A stretch of DNA of 57,284 bases, from contig JAGBIA010000015.1 of NCBI GenBank assembly GCA_017935225.1, forward strand, positions 1 to 57,284, in the 5' to 3' direction. A program made the translations under genes and the position numbers. The stretch comes from Clostridia bacterium. GTDB lineage: Bacteria > Bacillota > Clostridia > Oscillospirales > CAG-272. The notes below the pieces were generated by a model, which was not told where the DNA came from, searched no databases, and saw nothing but the letters and a program-made list of their open reading frames with translations. How positions within the stretch are numbered: the stretch's first letter is position 1; every line of letters starts with the position of its first letter. Below are positions 1-9,714 of this stretch, piece by piece.

Positions 1-636
<636 letters not shown>

Positions 637-674
637 TTAATATTTTAGTTTAGTGTTTTTTCTTTTTTATTTTA

Positions 675-1283
675 TCAGTTAGCGACCTTTACCATGGAGT
701 GTCTGAGGACCTTATCTCCTCTCTTATATCCCTTCATAAAGACCTCAACTACGACGTTCTCGCCAACGCTTTCATCGTCGACGTGCATTACTGCGTTGTG
801 GAAGTTCGGATCGAACTCCTTGCCGAGAGCCTCTATTTCATAGACCCCCATCTTGTTCATAGTTTCAACAAAGCTCTTGAGTGTGAGCTCAAGTCCTTTT
901 GCCATAGCCGATTCAGCATCCTCAGTCGAGAACTGTGCCGCGCGCTCGAGTGTATCGAGGATCGGAAGTATCTGTACGAGTGCGTCGCAATACGCATCGG
1001 CGTAAACGCCCTCGCGCTCTTTAGCACTTCTCTTGCGGAAGTTATCGTATTCAGCATAAAGCCTCATATACTTTTCTTGCTCCTCGCTAAGTTCCGCGGT
1101 GAGCTTTTCTATCTCAGCTTCAGCTTTCTTCAGCTTTTTCTTTTCCTTACCCGATATCTTCTCTTCAGTCTCGGGCTCTGCAGTCTCTTCATTTATCGTT
1201 TCTTCAATGTCAACCTTTTCTTCGACCGTCTCCGATGCCTGCTCCTCGCACACATCGGCAGGATTATTTTTAGTTTCCTCCAT
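675..1283 (-). CDS. grpE: Nucleotide exchange factor GrpE
   Basis: 202-aa ORF with an acidic, coiled N-terminus, then YDNFRKRSAKE and a C-terminal GYKRGDKVLRHSMVKV typical of GrpE. Sits between hrcA and dnaK. Confidence 0.95.
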   Translation of the reverse strand: MEETKNNPADVCEEQASETVEEKVDIEETINEETAEPETEEKISGKEKKKLKKAEAEIEKLTAELSEEQEKYMRLYAEYDNFRKRSAKEREGVYADAYCDALVQILPILDTLERAAQFSTEDAESAMAKGLELTLKSFVETMNKMGVYEIEALGKEFDPNFHNAVMHVDDESVGENVVVEVFMKGYKRGDKVLRHSMVKVAN

Positions 1284-2355
1284 TATTATCTCCTTCCTTT
1301 GTATTTCCGTGAGGCAACTGCTTATCCTCGTCCATCATAAGCGAAATGCTTCCGCCGATGTCTCCGAGTGTCTGCAACACCTGCTTATAGTTCATTCGTC
1401 TCGGTCCGAGAACGCCTATAACACCGACCGTGTGGCCGTTCTTCTTTATAGGTGTAAAGACGAGCGAAGAGTTATTCATGACCTTTACAGAGCTTTCCGA
1501 GCCAATCAGGACGTTGATATCGTCGCTCTCGCTCGTGGAGACAAGCTCAAGTATCTCTTCCTTGCTCTCAAGTGTGCCGAGCAGCTCGCCGAGCTCCTCG
1601 GTATCCGCATACTCGGGATATTTGAGCAGATGATTGATGCCCGCGAGCTTCATCTCTCCGCCGTCTATCTCGTTCATTACCTCGTAAACGCATTTTACCG
1701 CGGGATTTACGAGGAATGCGCCGTCGCCCATCTCAGCTTCAAGTCTCATAATGATGGGAAGCGTGATCATATCCGCGCCGAGTCCGCAAATCTCTGAGTT
1801 AAAGAGCGCCGAGAGCTTCTCGAGCGCACCCGTGGGGATCGCGTCGTGAGTTTTTACCTTCTTGGTCTTGACCGAGCCGCCCGAGCTTATCATCACCATC
1901 GCAAAGTTGTTTTGATCAAGCGGAATGATCTCGAACTTTGACATCGTGACCGAGTTGGATCGTGGCTTTATCGCGATGCCCGTGTAGTTGGTCATCGTAG
2001 ACGCAAGTCTTGACGCGGTGTCAAGAAGCTGGTCAAGCTCGTTCATTTTTGCTCTGAGGAGCTGATTGATCTGCACGACCTCGTGCGTTGTTCTCGCATA
2101 CTGCTCGACGAGAGCGTCGACGTAAAATCGGTATCCTGCCTCGCTTGGCACTCTGCCAGCCGAAGTGTGAGGCTGGACGAGATAACCCATAGCTTCAAGC
2201 TCCGCCATTTCGTTTCGTATGGTTGCAGAGGAGCAGGAAAGCAGATTGTTCTGCATTATATATTTAGATCCGACGGGCTCTCCGCCCTCAATGTGAGCCT
2301 CAACGATCGCCTTGAGAATCAGCTTTTTTCGCTCGCTGAGATTTTCGTGTCCCAT
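1270..2355 (-). CDS. hrcA: Heat-inducible transcription repressor HrcA
   Basis: 361-aa ORF. The N-terminal LSERKKLILKAIVEAHIEGGEPVGSKY winged-helix region is typical of HrcA. A CIRCE element lies just upstream, and the gene is first in hrcA-grpE-dnaK. Confidence 0.95.
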   Translation of the reverse strand: MGHENLSERKKLILKAIVEAHIEGGEPVGSKYIMQNNLLSCSSATIRNEMAELEAMGYLVQPHTSAGRVPSEAGYRFYVDALVEQYARTTHEVVQINQLLRAKMNELDQLLDTASRLASTMTNYTGIAIKPRSNSVTMSKFEIIPLDQNNFAMVMISSGGSVKTKKVKTHDAIPTGALEKLSALFNSEICGLGADMITLPIIMRLEAEMGDGAFLVNPAVKCVYEVMNEIDGGEMKLAGINHLLKYPEYADTEELGELLGTLESKEEILELVSTSESDDINVLIGSESSVKVMNNSSLVFTPIKKNGHTVGVIGVLGPRRMNYKQVLQTLGDIGGSISLMMDEDKQLPHGNTKEGDNNGGN

Positions 2356-2387
2356 TTGCCCCTCCTTGTTTTTGTAATCTTATGATT

Positions 2388-2414
2388 TTAGCACTCGAAC
2401 AGGTTAAGTGCTAA
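2388..2414. promoter_or_regulatory. CIRCE operator (HrcA binding site)
   Basis: TTAGCACTC-GAACAGGTT-AAGTGCTAA, versus consensus TTAGCACTC-N9-GAGTGCTAA (one mismatch). Located between the predicted hrcA promoter and the hrcA start. Confidence 0.9.
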
Positions 2415-2425
2415 TCACTGTAACA

Positions 2426-2454
2426 AATTTACCACTTTTCGATCGGTTTGTCAA
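2426..2454 (-). promoter_or_regulatory. Sigma-A type promoter of hrcA operon
   Basis: Minus strand reads TTGACA, 17 nt, TAAATT, with TG two nt upstream of the -10. CIRCE lies immediately downstream. Confidence 0.7.
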
Positions 2455-2535
2455 GGGTTTTTCAAAAGTTTTTTGTTAATTATTTATGAACAGTGCTAAA
2501 TTTTGCCCGATTTTTCCCACTTTCAGTCATTACTG

Positions 2536-2586
2536 ACACAAAAGAGTGCCGAAATACGTCAAAAAACGTAAAATCGGCACTCTTTT
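2536..2586 (-). terminator. Rho-independent terminator ending the dlt-like operon
   Basis: Arms AAAGAGTGCCGA (2541-2552) and TCGGCACTCTTT (2574-2585). On the minus strand the hairpin is followed by TTTTGTGT, just downstream of the 2607 stop. Confidence 0.6.
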
Positions 2587-2606
2587 ATGGAAATTGCTAT
2601 ACTTCG

Positions 2607-3116
2607 TTATCTTATTCTTCTGTAATTTACCGCGCTGACACTACCGTTCTTTACCGTGAACTCAAGCTCGAGATCGCCGCTCTTATATGTGAGCTTTCCG
2701 TTCTCTTCGGACGAGGGTGTACCGTAAGCATCGCGAACCTCCTGTTCGGAAGATCCTATGGAAATGCCCTTGGGAGTCAAAACGAGATCGTTGAGAAATC
2801 CGATCTTATGAATGACCTCGCCGTCCTTCTCCTTGAGAGTGTTGACGGTAATATCATCGTATGTGTACTTCATCTGCACACCGATTCCTCCGCAGTCGCC
2901 GAGGTTATCGCTGTATTTGGGCTCGCCGAGCTTCTCAAGAATGCTCTCAGCCTTCTTATCAAGCTCAATCTTTGTATCCTTATAATTCACGTAGAACGGA
3001 TTGCTCGCGCCACCCTCGTTCTCCTCTCCGTCTCCGTTACACGAAACGAGAGCGGATGCAAGCATAACAGCACACAAGAGTGCCAGCATCAAGCACAAAA
3101 TTCTTCTGATCTTCAT
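2607..3116 (-). CDS. Predicted lipoprotein, unknown function
   Basis: 169-aa ORF with a signal peptide and lipobox (LASALVSC). Overlaps the upstream gene by 4 nt, so it looks like the last gene of the operon. Confidence 0.6.
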   Translation of the reverse strand: MKIRRILCLMLALLCAVMLASALVSCNGDGEENEGGASNPFYVNYKDTKIELDKKAESILEKLGEPKYSDNLGDCGGIGVQMKYTYDDITVNTLKEKDGEVIHKIGFLNDLVLTPKGISIGSSEQEVRDAYGTPSSEENGKLTYKSGDLELEFTVKNGSVSAVNYRRIR

Positions 3117-4144
3117 TCTTTTTCCTCCATCTCTTTCTTTATCTTTCGGTATTCCTCAAGGTACGCATCCCACTTTGCCGCGGTATCGCTCTCGCTCTTG
3201 CGCGATTCAAGTCCGTATCTCTCTGCGAGTATGCTACCAAAATATTTCGTAAACTTCTCTGCTCCGTTTGCGTTGAGGTGCAGTCCCTCGTCATACGTGT
3301 CGGTCTGCCAATCTATACCTATCTTCTCAGCATCCGAAATGAAATTGTAGTAATCAAGCTGATTTTTCTCTGCGTACTCGATCATCTGACTCTCCCACTC
3401 GTCGTACCACCAATAGCCTCTTGAGTTGGTCGGTGCTTTGATAAGCACGAGCTTCGCTCCGTTTTTATCGCAGAGCTCCTTCATCTTATCAAGGTACTCC
3501 ATCGAGCTCTCAGGAAGCATTTCCTCGGGCGGCTCGGTGATCGGATCAAATGGCTTCATCGGGCGCACACCCGTCTTGATCAGATATCCGTTATCCGACG
3601 CGTCCTCGGGATCGCTAAAAAGGTATCTGAAGTCCTCTCTCTCAAGCTCGGTTATTCTTGAATGGTATCGCAATAGCGGGAAGATATAGTCGACGATACT
3701 TTCATCCTCGGTCATCGAATCAAGTATTCCGCGCAGTTTCGATGACGACCACTTCATCGTATCAAAGGTCATTCTGTTGTAAGCCTCGCTCTGCGGCTCA
3801 CCGTACTTGAGTGCGTAGACATTGAATACCACGACCTTTGGAGTTTCATACTTGAAAGTCTCCTCAAGCAGATAGTATGAATGCCACGCGAGTTGCTGTG
3901 CGCCGCCGCGGACGTATGACGTGATGCCGTATTCCTCCCAGAGCACCGACGGAACGAAGCCCTCGTAGACCTCGCAGTCTCCGATGAGCAGAACGTCGTG
4001 ATCTCCTGCGTCCTCGTAATATCCGCCCGTAAGCAGACCTTCGGCGTTCGAGACGTATTTCGGTCTTACGAGCGCGCCGAGAGTGCTAAGCAGAAGAACG
4101 AGAATAAGCACGGCGGCAACGCCGATAATAATTTTCTTCTTCAT
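3113..4144 (-). CDS. Membrane-anchored SGNH/DltD-like acyl-esterase or transferase
   Basis: 343 aa with an N-terminal TM helix. Block-I-like VLLIGDCEVY and block-V-like DEGLHLNANGAEKF resemble SGNH hydrolases. Sits directly after the MBOAT gene, as dltD does in dlt operons. Confidence 0.55.
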   Translation of the reverse strand: MKKKIIIGVAAVLILVLLLSTLGALVRPKYVSNAEGLLTGGYYEDAGDHDVLLIGDCEVYEGFVPSVLWEEYGITSYVRGGAQQLAWHSYYLLEETFKYETPKVVVFNVYALKYGEPQSEAYNRMTFDTMKWSSSKLRGILDSMTEDESIVDYIFPLLRYHSRITELEREDFRYLFSDPEDASDNGYLIKTGVRPMKPFDPITEPPEEMLPESSMEYLDKMKELCDKNGAKLVLIKAPTNSRGYWWYDEWESQMIEYAEKNQLDYYNFISDAEKIGIDWQTDTYDEGLHLNANGAEKFTKYFGSILAERYGLESRKSESDTAAKWDAYLEEYRKIKKEMEEKE

Positions 4145-4163
4145 CTGTATCCTTTAAATTTAA

Positions 4164-5753
4164 TCAATATACCGTATAAATGAACTGTGAAGCATCGTAG
4201 CCGATGCTGTAAGCTCCAAAGAGCAATATTGCAACGAGTATTGCGCCGCTGAGTGTCCAGGAGAGCGCAGTTTTGCCGTAGAGCCATTCGCGCAGATCCT
4301 TCTTTTGCGAGAGCTTTGCGACTATCGCCACGACCGTGACAGCCACGGCGAGAATAATATAATCCTTGAGCTCAAGTCCGAGCTCGAATATTTCGCCGCC
4401 AAAGCAGGAAGCGAAGTTGAACTTGGTGAACATACTTCCCCACATTCTGAACGTGAGTCCTACGTTCGCGTAGCAATCAAGCGAGCGGATAAGCCCCATC
4501 AGCAAGAAAGTTCTCGTTGCTTCAAAGCAGTGATACGCGCCCGACGCGGTAAGCTTCGGGAATTTCTCCCTGAACTTGCGGTAGAGCGGTTCAAGCTCCT
4601 GAGAAACGAGAATAACGAGGCAGTTAAGAAGTCCCCAAACGATGAAGTTCCACGCCGCGCCGTGCCACAGACCCGTCAAGAACCAAGTAACAATAGTTGC
4701 GAGATACACGGGGAGTCGCTTGCCAACTGCGTTACCGAGGTGTGCTCTGCTCCACTTTGAGAGCTTCATCATCGGCTTTGTGACAGACATCGGATAGAAA
4801 ACGTAGTCGGTAAACCAGCTTCCCATCGTGATATGCCATCTGTTCCAATATTCCTTGGTAGAGCGCGATGAGAAAGGATGGTTGAAATTCTCTTTCAGAC
4901 GAATTCCCATCATCTCGGCGATACCGATCGTGATATCGATGCCACCCGTGAAGTCCGCGTAGATCTCTACCGAGTAAAGCAGGATCAAGAGAAGCACGTA
5001 AACACCGTTATACGTCGCTGTGTCGCCAAGCATCGCCTTAATGACTATAAGTATGCGGTCGGCGATGACGAGCTTTTTGAAATATCCCCAAAGGACTCTC
5101 TGCAGACCGAACTTGAGCGACTTAGCCGAGAACGGATGAGGCACATAAAGCTCTGCGGCAAGGTCGGAGTGTCGCGAGATAGGACCTTGTGCAAGCTGTG
5201 GGAAGAAAGAGACGAAAAGCGCGAGCTTTGCGATATTCTTCTCTGCAAAGGTCTTTCCGCGGTAGACGTCGATAAGATACCCTGTGCTCTGAAATACAAA
5301 AAAGGATATTCCGAGCGGCAATATCAGATCGGGCACTCCTATCTTTTGTGCGCCGAAGAGCGTAATTATCGAATTGAGATTTCTTATTGCAAATCCCGTG
5401 TATTTAAGGACCGCGAGCATTCCGAAGTTGAGGAAGAGACCGAGCAACAAAAGATTAAATCTCTTTTTCTTCTCTCGTGCTCTGTATGCCTTTCTTGCCT
5501 CCTTGTCCATACTCTCTTTGTTCTGCGCCACGTACTCGTCTTCCTTCTCGCGCATACGCTCGATAGCGCGCGCCACGAAGAAGCAGGTCAGCGTGGTAAA
5601 GAGAATGAACGCGAAGTTCTCAAGTCCCGAGAAAGCGTAAAAGAAGTAGCTCGCGACGAGCAGAAGCGTCCATTGATATCTCTTTGGGAAGATATAATAG
5701 ACGCCTATGAGTATCGCCACGAACAGAATAAATCCGTAAGACGTAAAAAGCAT
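4164..5753 (-). CDS. MBOAT family O-acyltransferase (DltB/AlgI-like)
   Basis: 529-aa polytopic membrane protein with the MBOAT His region WNRWHITMGSWFTDYVFYP and a basic cytoplasmic insert as in AlgI-like members. Confidence 0.9.
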   Translation of the reverse strand: MLFTSYGFILFVAILIGVYYIFPKRYQWTLLLVASYFFYAFSGLENFAFILFTTLTCFFVARAIERMREKEDEYVAQNKESMDKEARKAYRAREKKKRFNLLLLGLFLNFGMLAVLKYTGFAIRNLNSIITLFGAQKIGVPDLILPLGISFFVFQSTGYLIDVYRGKTFAEKNIAKLALFVSFFPQLAQGPISRHSDLAAELYVPHPFSAKSLKFGLQRVLWGYFKKLVIADRILIVIKAMLGDTATYNGVYVLLLILLYSVEIYADFTGGIDITIGIAEMMGIRLKENFNHPFSSRSTKEYWNRWHITMGSWFTDYVFYPMSVTKPMMKLSKWSRAHLGNAVGKRLPVYLATIVTWFLTGLWHGAAWNFIVWGLLNCLVILVSQELEPLYRKFREKFPKLTASGAYHCFEATRTFLLMGLIRSLDCYANVGLTFRMWGSMFTKFNFASCFGGEIFELGLELKDYIILAVAVTVVAIVAKLSQKKDLREWLYGKTALSWTLSGAILVAILLFGAYSIGYDASQFIYTVY

Positions 5754-5761
5754 TTAGTTTA

Positions 5762-5989
5762 TTATTCCTCGTCGAGTCTTGTGATAAGCTCCATAAGAGC
5801 TTCGGCGGAATTGAAGTTCTCGGGAACTATCTCCTCTGCGGGAATAGTTACATCAAACTCGGCATTGATCTCGGTGACGAGAGTGACTATATCGAGTGAA
5901 TCAAGTATTCCGTCATCGATAAGCGAATCGTTATTCTCAAAATCCACCTCGGGATGCAGAGATGTGAGTATCTCTATAAGCTTTTCCAT
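5762..5989 (-). CDS. Acyl/D-alanyl carrier protein (DltC-like)
   Basis: 75 aa, acidic, with the phosphopantetheine attachment motif GILDSLDIV. Lies between the adenylating enzyme and the MBOAT. Confidence 0.85.
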   Translation of the reverse strand: MEKLIEILTSLHPEVDFENNDSLIDDGILDSLDIVTLVTEINAEFDVTIPAEEIVPENFNSAEALMELITRLDEE

Positions 5990-6004
5990 ATCGTTCTCCT
6001 AAAA

Positions 6005-7510
6005 TTATAACTTCTCGGCAATATCGCGCAGACCCTTGCGGTCTATCTTTCCGTTAGCCGTGAACGGAAGAACGTCGAGCTTCTCGACATGCGCTGGGAT
6101 CATATATCTTGGCAGATAGGTCTGGAGCTCGCGAATGAGCTGATCTGTCGCCGCGTCTCCAACAACAAACAGAACTATGCGTTTAGCTTCGTTATCGTAA
6201 ACACAGCACGCAGAGCGAACTCCCTCGCACTTATTTGCCGCGCTCTCGATCTCTCCAAGCTCGATGCGGTGTCCCATATGCTTGATCTGCGAGTCCTTGC
6301 GGCAAAGAAAGACGAGCTCGCCTCGCTCGTTTATTCTGCCGATATCGCCCGTTCTGTAGACAAGCTCGGGATATGCAGAATTGAGCGGATTTTGCACAAA
6401 TGCGGCGGACGTCTTCTCAGGATCGTTATAATATCCCATCGTCACACAAGTGCCGCGGATGCAGATCTCGCCCTCCTCTGCTCTCTTGCCCTCCTCATCA
6501 ATGAGAAGGATATCGGTGTTATCAAACGGTCTTCCTATCGGGATAGGCTCGTTCAGAGCGAGGTCGCGATCGGCTTTCCAATAGCAAGACATTCCTGTCG
6601 CCTCGGTAGGTCCGTAGAGGTTGTAGAAGGTCGCCATGGGCAGAGCCGCGCGCCACAGATCGTACTGCTTGCGCGGAAAGAGCTCACTTCCGAACGCGAC
6701 GGTAGTAAGGTACTTCGGCACGTGGCTTTCAAGTGCGCCGAGCGAGGATATCTGCACGAGTGCGGAAACTACCCAACAGATCGTGTTGATCTTGTAGGTG
6801 TCAAGATACTCGATGAGCTTGACGGGAAAGAGGAAATTTCCTCTCGGGATGAAATAGGTGGTCGCTCCAAGCTTGAGCGTGGGCATTATCTCCTTGAGCG
6901 GTGCGTCAAAATAGAGCGGCGTCTGGTTGCCGAACACGGTCTCGTCACTAAACTCAAGTGCCTCGCAAAGAGCTTCCGTGTAATCTATTACCGATCTGTG
7001 ACACGCAACGACACCTTTGGGAGTTCCAGTCGAGCCCGAGGTGAACGCTACGTAGATAGGGTCGGTGTCGCACTGCTGCGCGCGAACTCGATCAAGGCTA
7101 TGCTCGTTGATCACGCAGTCGCAGATGTCGTCGTAGATAAGCACGTTCTCAACACCGAGCGCGCTTGCGATCTTTGCGTTTTTCTTATCACAGATCAGAG
7201 CTCTCGGAGAGAGCTTTTCGATTATAGCAAGCATTCTCGACTCGGGCATCTTCTCGTCGATGCACGCGTAAAAGCAGCCTGCGTAGTTGACTCCGAGGAA
7301 TGCGGAGAGCACCTTTGGGTGCTTATCCATAATTATCGCGATCGGCTCGCGGAAATATCCGTTATCCGAGAGGTAGCTTCCTATTGCACGCGCCTTGGTG
7401 TAAAGTTCTGCGAAGGAAAGATCTTCCTTGCCGTTCGAGAAAGCGGTCTTACTCGGATAACGCTTGACGGTAGCTTCGAGATATTCAAGAATATTTTTCT
7501 GTCGCATCAT
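6005..7510 (-). CDS. AMP-forming adenylation enzyme, DltA-like (amino acid--carrier protein ligase)
   Basis: 501 aa with ANL-superfamily motifs FTSGSTGTPKGV, YGPTE, YRTGD, GRKDSQIKHMGHRIELGEIE and NGKIDRK. Its size and context match DltA. Confidence 0.9.
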   Translation of the reverse strand: MMRQKNILEYLEATVKRYPSKTAFSNGKEDLSFAELYTKARAIGSYLSDNGYFREPIAIIMDKHPKVLSAFLGVNYAGCFYACIDEKMPESRMLAIIEKLSPRALICDKKNAKIASALGVENVLIYDDICDCVINEHSLDRVRAQQCDTDPIYVAFTSGSTGTPKGVVACHRSVIDYTEALCEALEFSDETVFGNQTPLYFDAPLKEIMPTLKLGATTYFIPRGNFLFPVKLIEYLDTYKINTICWVVSALVQISSLGALESHVPKYLTTVAFGSELFPRKQYDLWRAALPMATFYNLYGPTEATGMSCYWKADRDLALNEPIPIGRPFDNTDILLIDEEGKRAEEGEICIRGTCVTMGYYNDPEKTSAAFVQNPLNSAYPELVYRTGDIGRINERGELVFLCRKDSQIKHMGHRIELGEIESAANKCEGVRSACCVYDNEAKRIVLFVVGDAATDQLIRELQTYLPRYMIPAHVEKLDVLPFTANGKIDRKGLRDIAEKL

Positions 7511-8514
7511 TCAAGCTCCTCGGTAGCAATAGGCGGAAAGCCCGGTGCTTTGGTCATTTTGTAGAAATAATCTCCACCCTTTGATGTTCTATGGCTCTTA
7601 AGCTTAGCCTCGGTGATAAGGCAGGCGTTGTTGTCGGACTTGTCGCCGTTGAAATATCCGCTAAGTCGGGTAGCGTCGTAATAATACCACTTATCCGTGC
7701 CGCCGCTGCCAACGTTGACGATAGACCAGAAATGCGTTCCGTCGTCCTCAGCACCCTCGTAGTTCTCTGCTCTCTTGATGCCCATATTCTCGATACCGAA
7801 GTACTCAAAGAATGCCTTTGAGAGAGAGTAGTAAGTGTAGCAGTCACCCTCGTGTGTTTCCATTCCGCGAACTGCCTCCTCGAGCCAATCACTCTCCCAC
7901 TTGCTTCGATCAATATTTGGGATATTAGACTCATCCGTAAAATAGATAGTCGACCTTGAGTTCACGTACGCGTATATTTTGCGCACCTGCTCGACCTTGC
8001 TCATATTCTTTGTAATTCCAAGATCTTCAGCGAGGAGTGCAATCTGCTCCATAAGAGTTTTATAGGAATACTCCTGCTTCTTGACCACGTACTTGAGCGT
8101 AAGATATGAAGCGTTGCCCGACGCGTCCTCGGCGACGTACTTGACGGTATAAGTTCCCTCTTTGTTGATATCCTCGTTATGCTCAAGGACAGAGATGGTG
8201 GGTGCCTCATCGGTATCGTCGGTGACGCTGACAAACTTCTTGAATGCGGGAGTATCACCGATATATCCGATAACTCCGCCGTTGAATGCTTCAAAGCCGT
8301 CGAGGTTGAAATTCTGGGTGATCTTGGGCGGAGTATCGTCGCCCGAGGGCTTTTTTGTGCCCCAACCGAACGCGAAGCTGAGCCCGAGTGTGAGGCAGAA
8401 AATGAGAAGCATAGCCGCAAATGCTATAAAGGTGATCTTAATGAGCGAAAAAACACTGTTTCTGTAGGACTGCGCGTCCTTTTGCATTCTTTCCTTATCG
8501 GAATTATATGACAT
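7507..8514 (-). CDS. Membrane-anchored transglutaminase-like (Cys-His-Asp core) protein with Ig-like domain
   Basis: Start chosen at MSYNSDKE (ATG at 8514, GGAGG 6 nt upstream). One TM helix; an Ig-like segment KEGTYTVKYVAEDASGNAS; GDCYTYY ... GTHFWSIV ... YYYD, as in transglutaminase-like cysteine protease folds. Its stop overlaps the dltA-like start (ATGA). Confidence 0.65.
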   Translation of the reverse strand: MSYNSDKERMQKDAQSYRNSVFSLIKITFIAFAAMLLIFCLTLGLSFAFGWGTKKPSGDDTPPKITQNFNLDGFEAFNGGVIGYIGDTPAFKKFVSVTDDTDEAPTISVLEHNEDINKEGTYTVKYVAEDASGNASYLTLKYVVKKQEYSYKTLMEQIALLAEDLGITKNMSKVEQVRKIYAYVNSRSTIYFTDESNIPNIDRSKWESDWLEEAVRGMETHEGDCYTYYSLSKAFFEYFGIENMGIKRAENYEGAEDDGTHFWSIVNVGSGGTDKWYYYDATRLSGYFNGDKSDNNACLITEAKLKSHRTSKGGDYFYKMTKAPGFPPIATEELE

Positions 8515-8551
8515 CGGAATCCTCCGTAAATTCAAAAATATACATAATTAT

Positions 8552-8580
8552 ATTATACAACTTTATTCTCTCTTTGTCAA
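8552..8580 (-). promoter_or_regulatory. Sigma-A type promoter of the dlt-like operon
   Basis: Minus strand reads TTGACA, 17 nt, TATAAT, about 35 nt upstream of the 8514 start. Confidence 0.6.
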
Positions 8581-8614
8581 CGGCAAATATGCCATCAAAA
8601 GCATTATTTTTTGA

Positions 8615-9508
8615 TTATTTTACACAACATCTTGTGTATCGCTCGCCAATCGGGCGCGCTACGTCGGCAAAGTATCCGAGCGCGCGTATCTCCTCCGCCG
8701 TTTTCGATGCGATCTGCTCATCTTCAAAGACTCCGAATACCGACGGACCGCTTCCGCTCATCATCGCACATATAGCTCCGCGACTCTGCATAATGCTCTT
8801 GATCTCTGCCGCGATCGGTCGTTCTCTCAGCACGGGAGCTTCGAAGATATTGAAGATATGCTCCGCAAATGCGTACTTATCTCCGCTCTCAATTGCCATT
8901 CTGAGAGCTTTTGTATCTTTAGGTATGTACCCGACAAATCGATCAAACGTCTCGTCAAGCAGACGGTAGCCCCAAGGTGTTGAAACCCCCTCGCCGCCGC
9001 AAGCAACTACGAATATCAGGCTATCGTCAAGCTTTGGAAAACTATGAAGCATATCTCCCCTGCCGTCCGAAAAATGCGTGCCGCAAGCAACGCAGAAAGG
9101 CACGTCCGCGCCGAGTTTTGCGCCGAGCTCACATAGTTTATCTCTGCCGAGTCGTTCTCCAAATAGCGAGTCGAGCGCGACAAGCGTTGCCGCCGCATCC
9201 GCACTGCCGCCCGCAAGACCTGCCGCCATTGGAATATGCTTATCTATCACGATATGCGCGCCGCCATCTGCACCGACAGTCTCGAAATAGAGCTTTGCCG
9301 CGCGAACGGCGATATTCTTCTCGTCGGTGGGCACTCCATCTACGTTGCATTCCGCATCGAACACGGGCTCGCGCACGAGCGAGACGCTGACCTCATCGCA
9401 CAGCGAGAGACTCTGCATTACCGTGTTTACAGAGTGGTAGCCGTCCTCCATTATCCCCGTTATATCAAGGTGGAGATTGATCTTTGCATATCCAAGTGCG
9501 GTCTTCAT
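8615..9508 (-). CDS. ispE: 4-diphosphocytidyl-2-C-methyl-D-erythritol kinase IspE
   Basis: GHMP-kinase motif PMAAGLAGGSADAAA and an N-terminal MKTALGYAKINLHLDI typical of IspE. Start moved to the internal ATG at 9508, which has a purine-rich RBS. Confidence 0.9.
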   Translation of the reverse strand: MKTALGYAKINLHLDITGIMEDGYHSVNTVMQSLSLCDEVSVSLVREPVFDAECNVDGVPTDEKNIAVRAAKLYFETVGADGGAHIVIDKHIPMAAGLAGGSADAAATLVALDSLFGERLGRDKLCELGAKLGADVPFCVACGTHFSDGRGDMLHSFPKLDDSLIFVVACGGEGVSTPWGYRLLDETFDRFVGYIPKDTKALRMAIESGDKYAFAEHIFNIFEAPVLRERPIAAEIKSIMQSRGAICAMMSGSGPSVFGVFEDEQIASKTAEEIRALGYFADVARPIGERYTRCCVK

Positions 9509-9630
9509 TTTCCTCGTCCTTCCAAAATTTTTTACCATAAAAATTATAACAAAAATTTTAACTTTTTTCAATAGTTATCCTATATATTTATTGTGCGAAT
9601 GTAAATTTTTCTCTTTTTGAGCTTTTCCTC

Positions 9631-9664
9631 TTGACTTGACGGACAAATAAGGATAAAATATATA
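9631..9664 (+). promoter_or_regulatory. Candidate promoter for htpG
   Basis: Two readings: TTGACT-17-TAAAAT, or the overlapping TTGACG-17-TATATA. Lies 50-80 nt upstream of the htpG ATG. No CIRCE is visible here. Confidence 0.45.
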
Positions 9665-9714
9665 GGATATAATTTAATTTATGAAAAGAAGCTTGGCTTC
9701 GGAAAGGAAATAAT

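Noticed and set aside
6089-7564. 491-aa ORF on the plus strand
   Set aside because: It is entirely antisense to the DltA-like gene, whose ANL motifs are unambiguous. Its translation is low-complexity and Arg/Ser/Leu-rich, which is typical of a shadow ORF in a gene with strong codon bias.
9572-9714. CIRCE or other heat-shock operator upstream of htpG; also the 66-aa ORF at 9588-9788
   Set aside because: No TTAGCACTC/GAGTGCTAA half-sites are visible, only sigma-A-like hexamers. The small ORF is antisense to the htpG start and AT-rich, and is most likely spurious.
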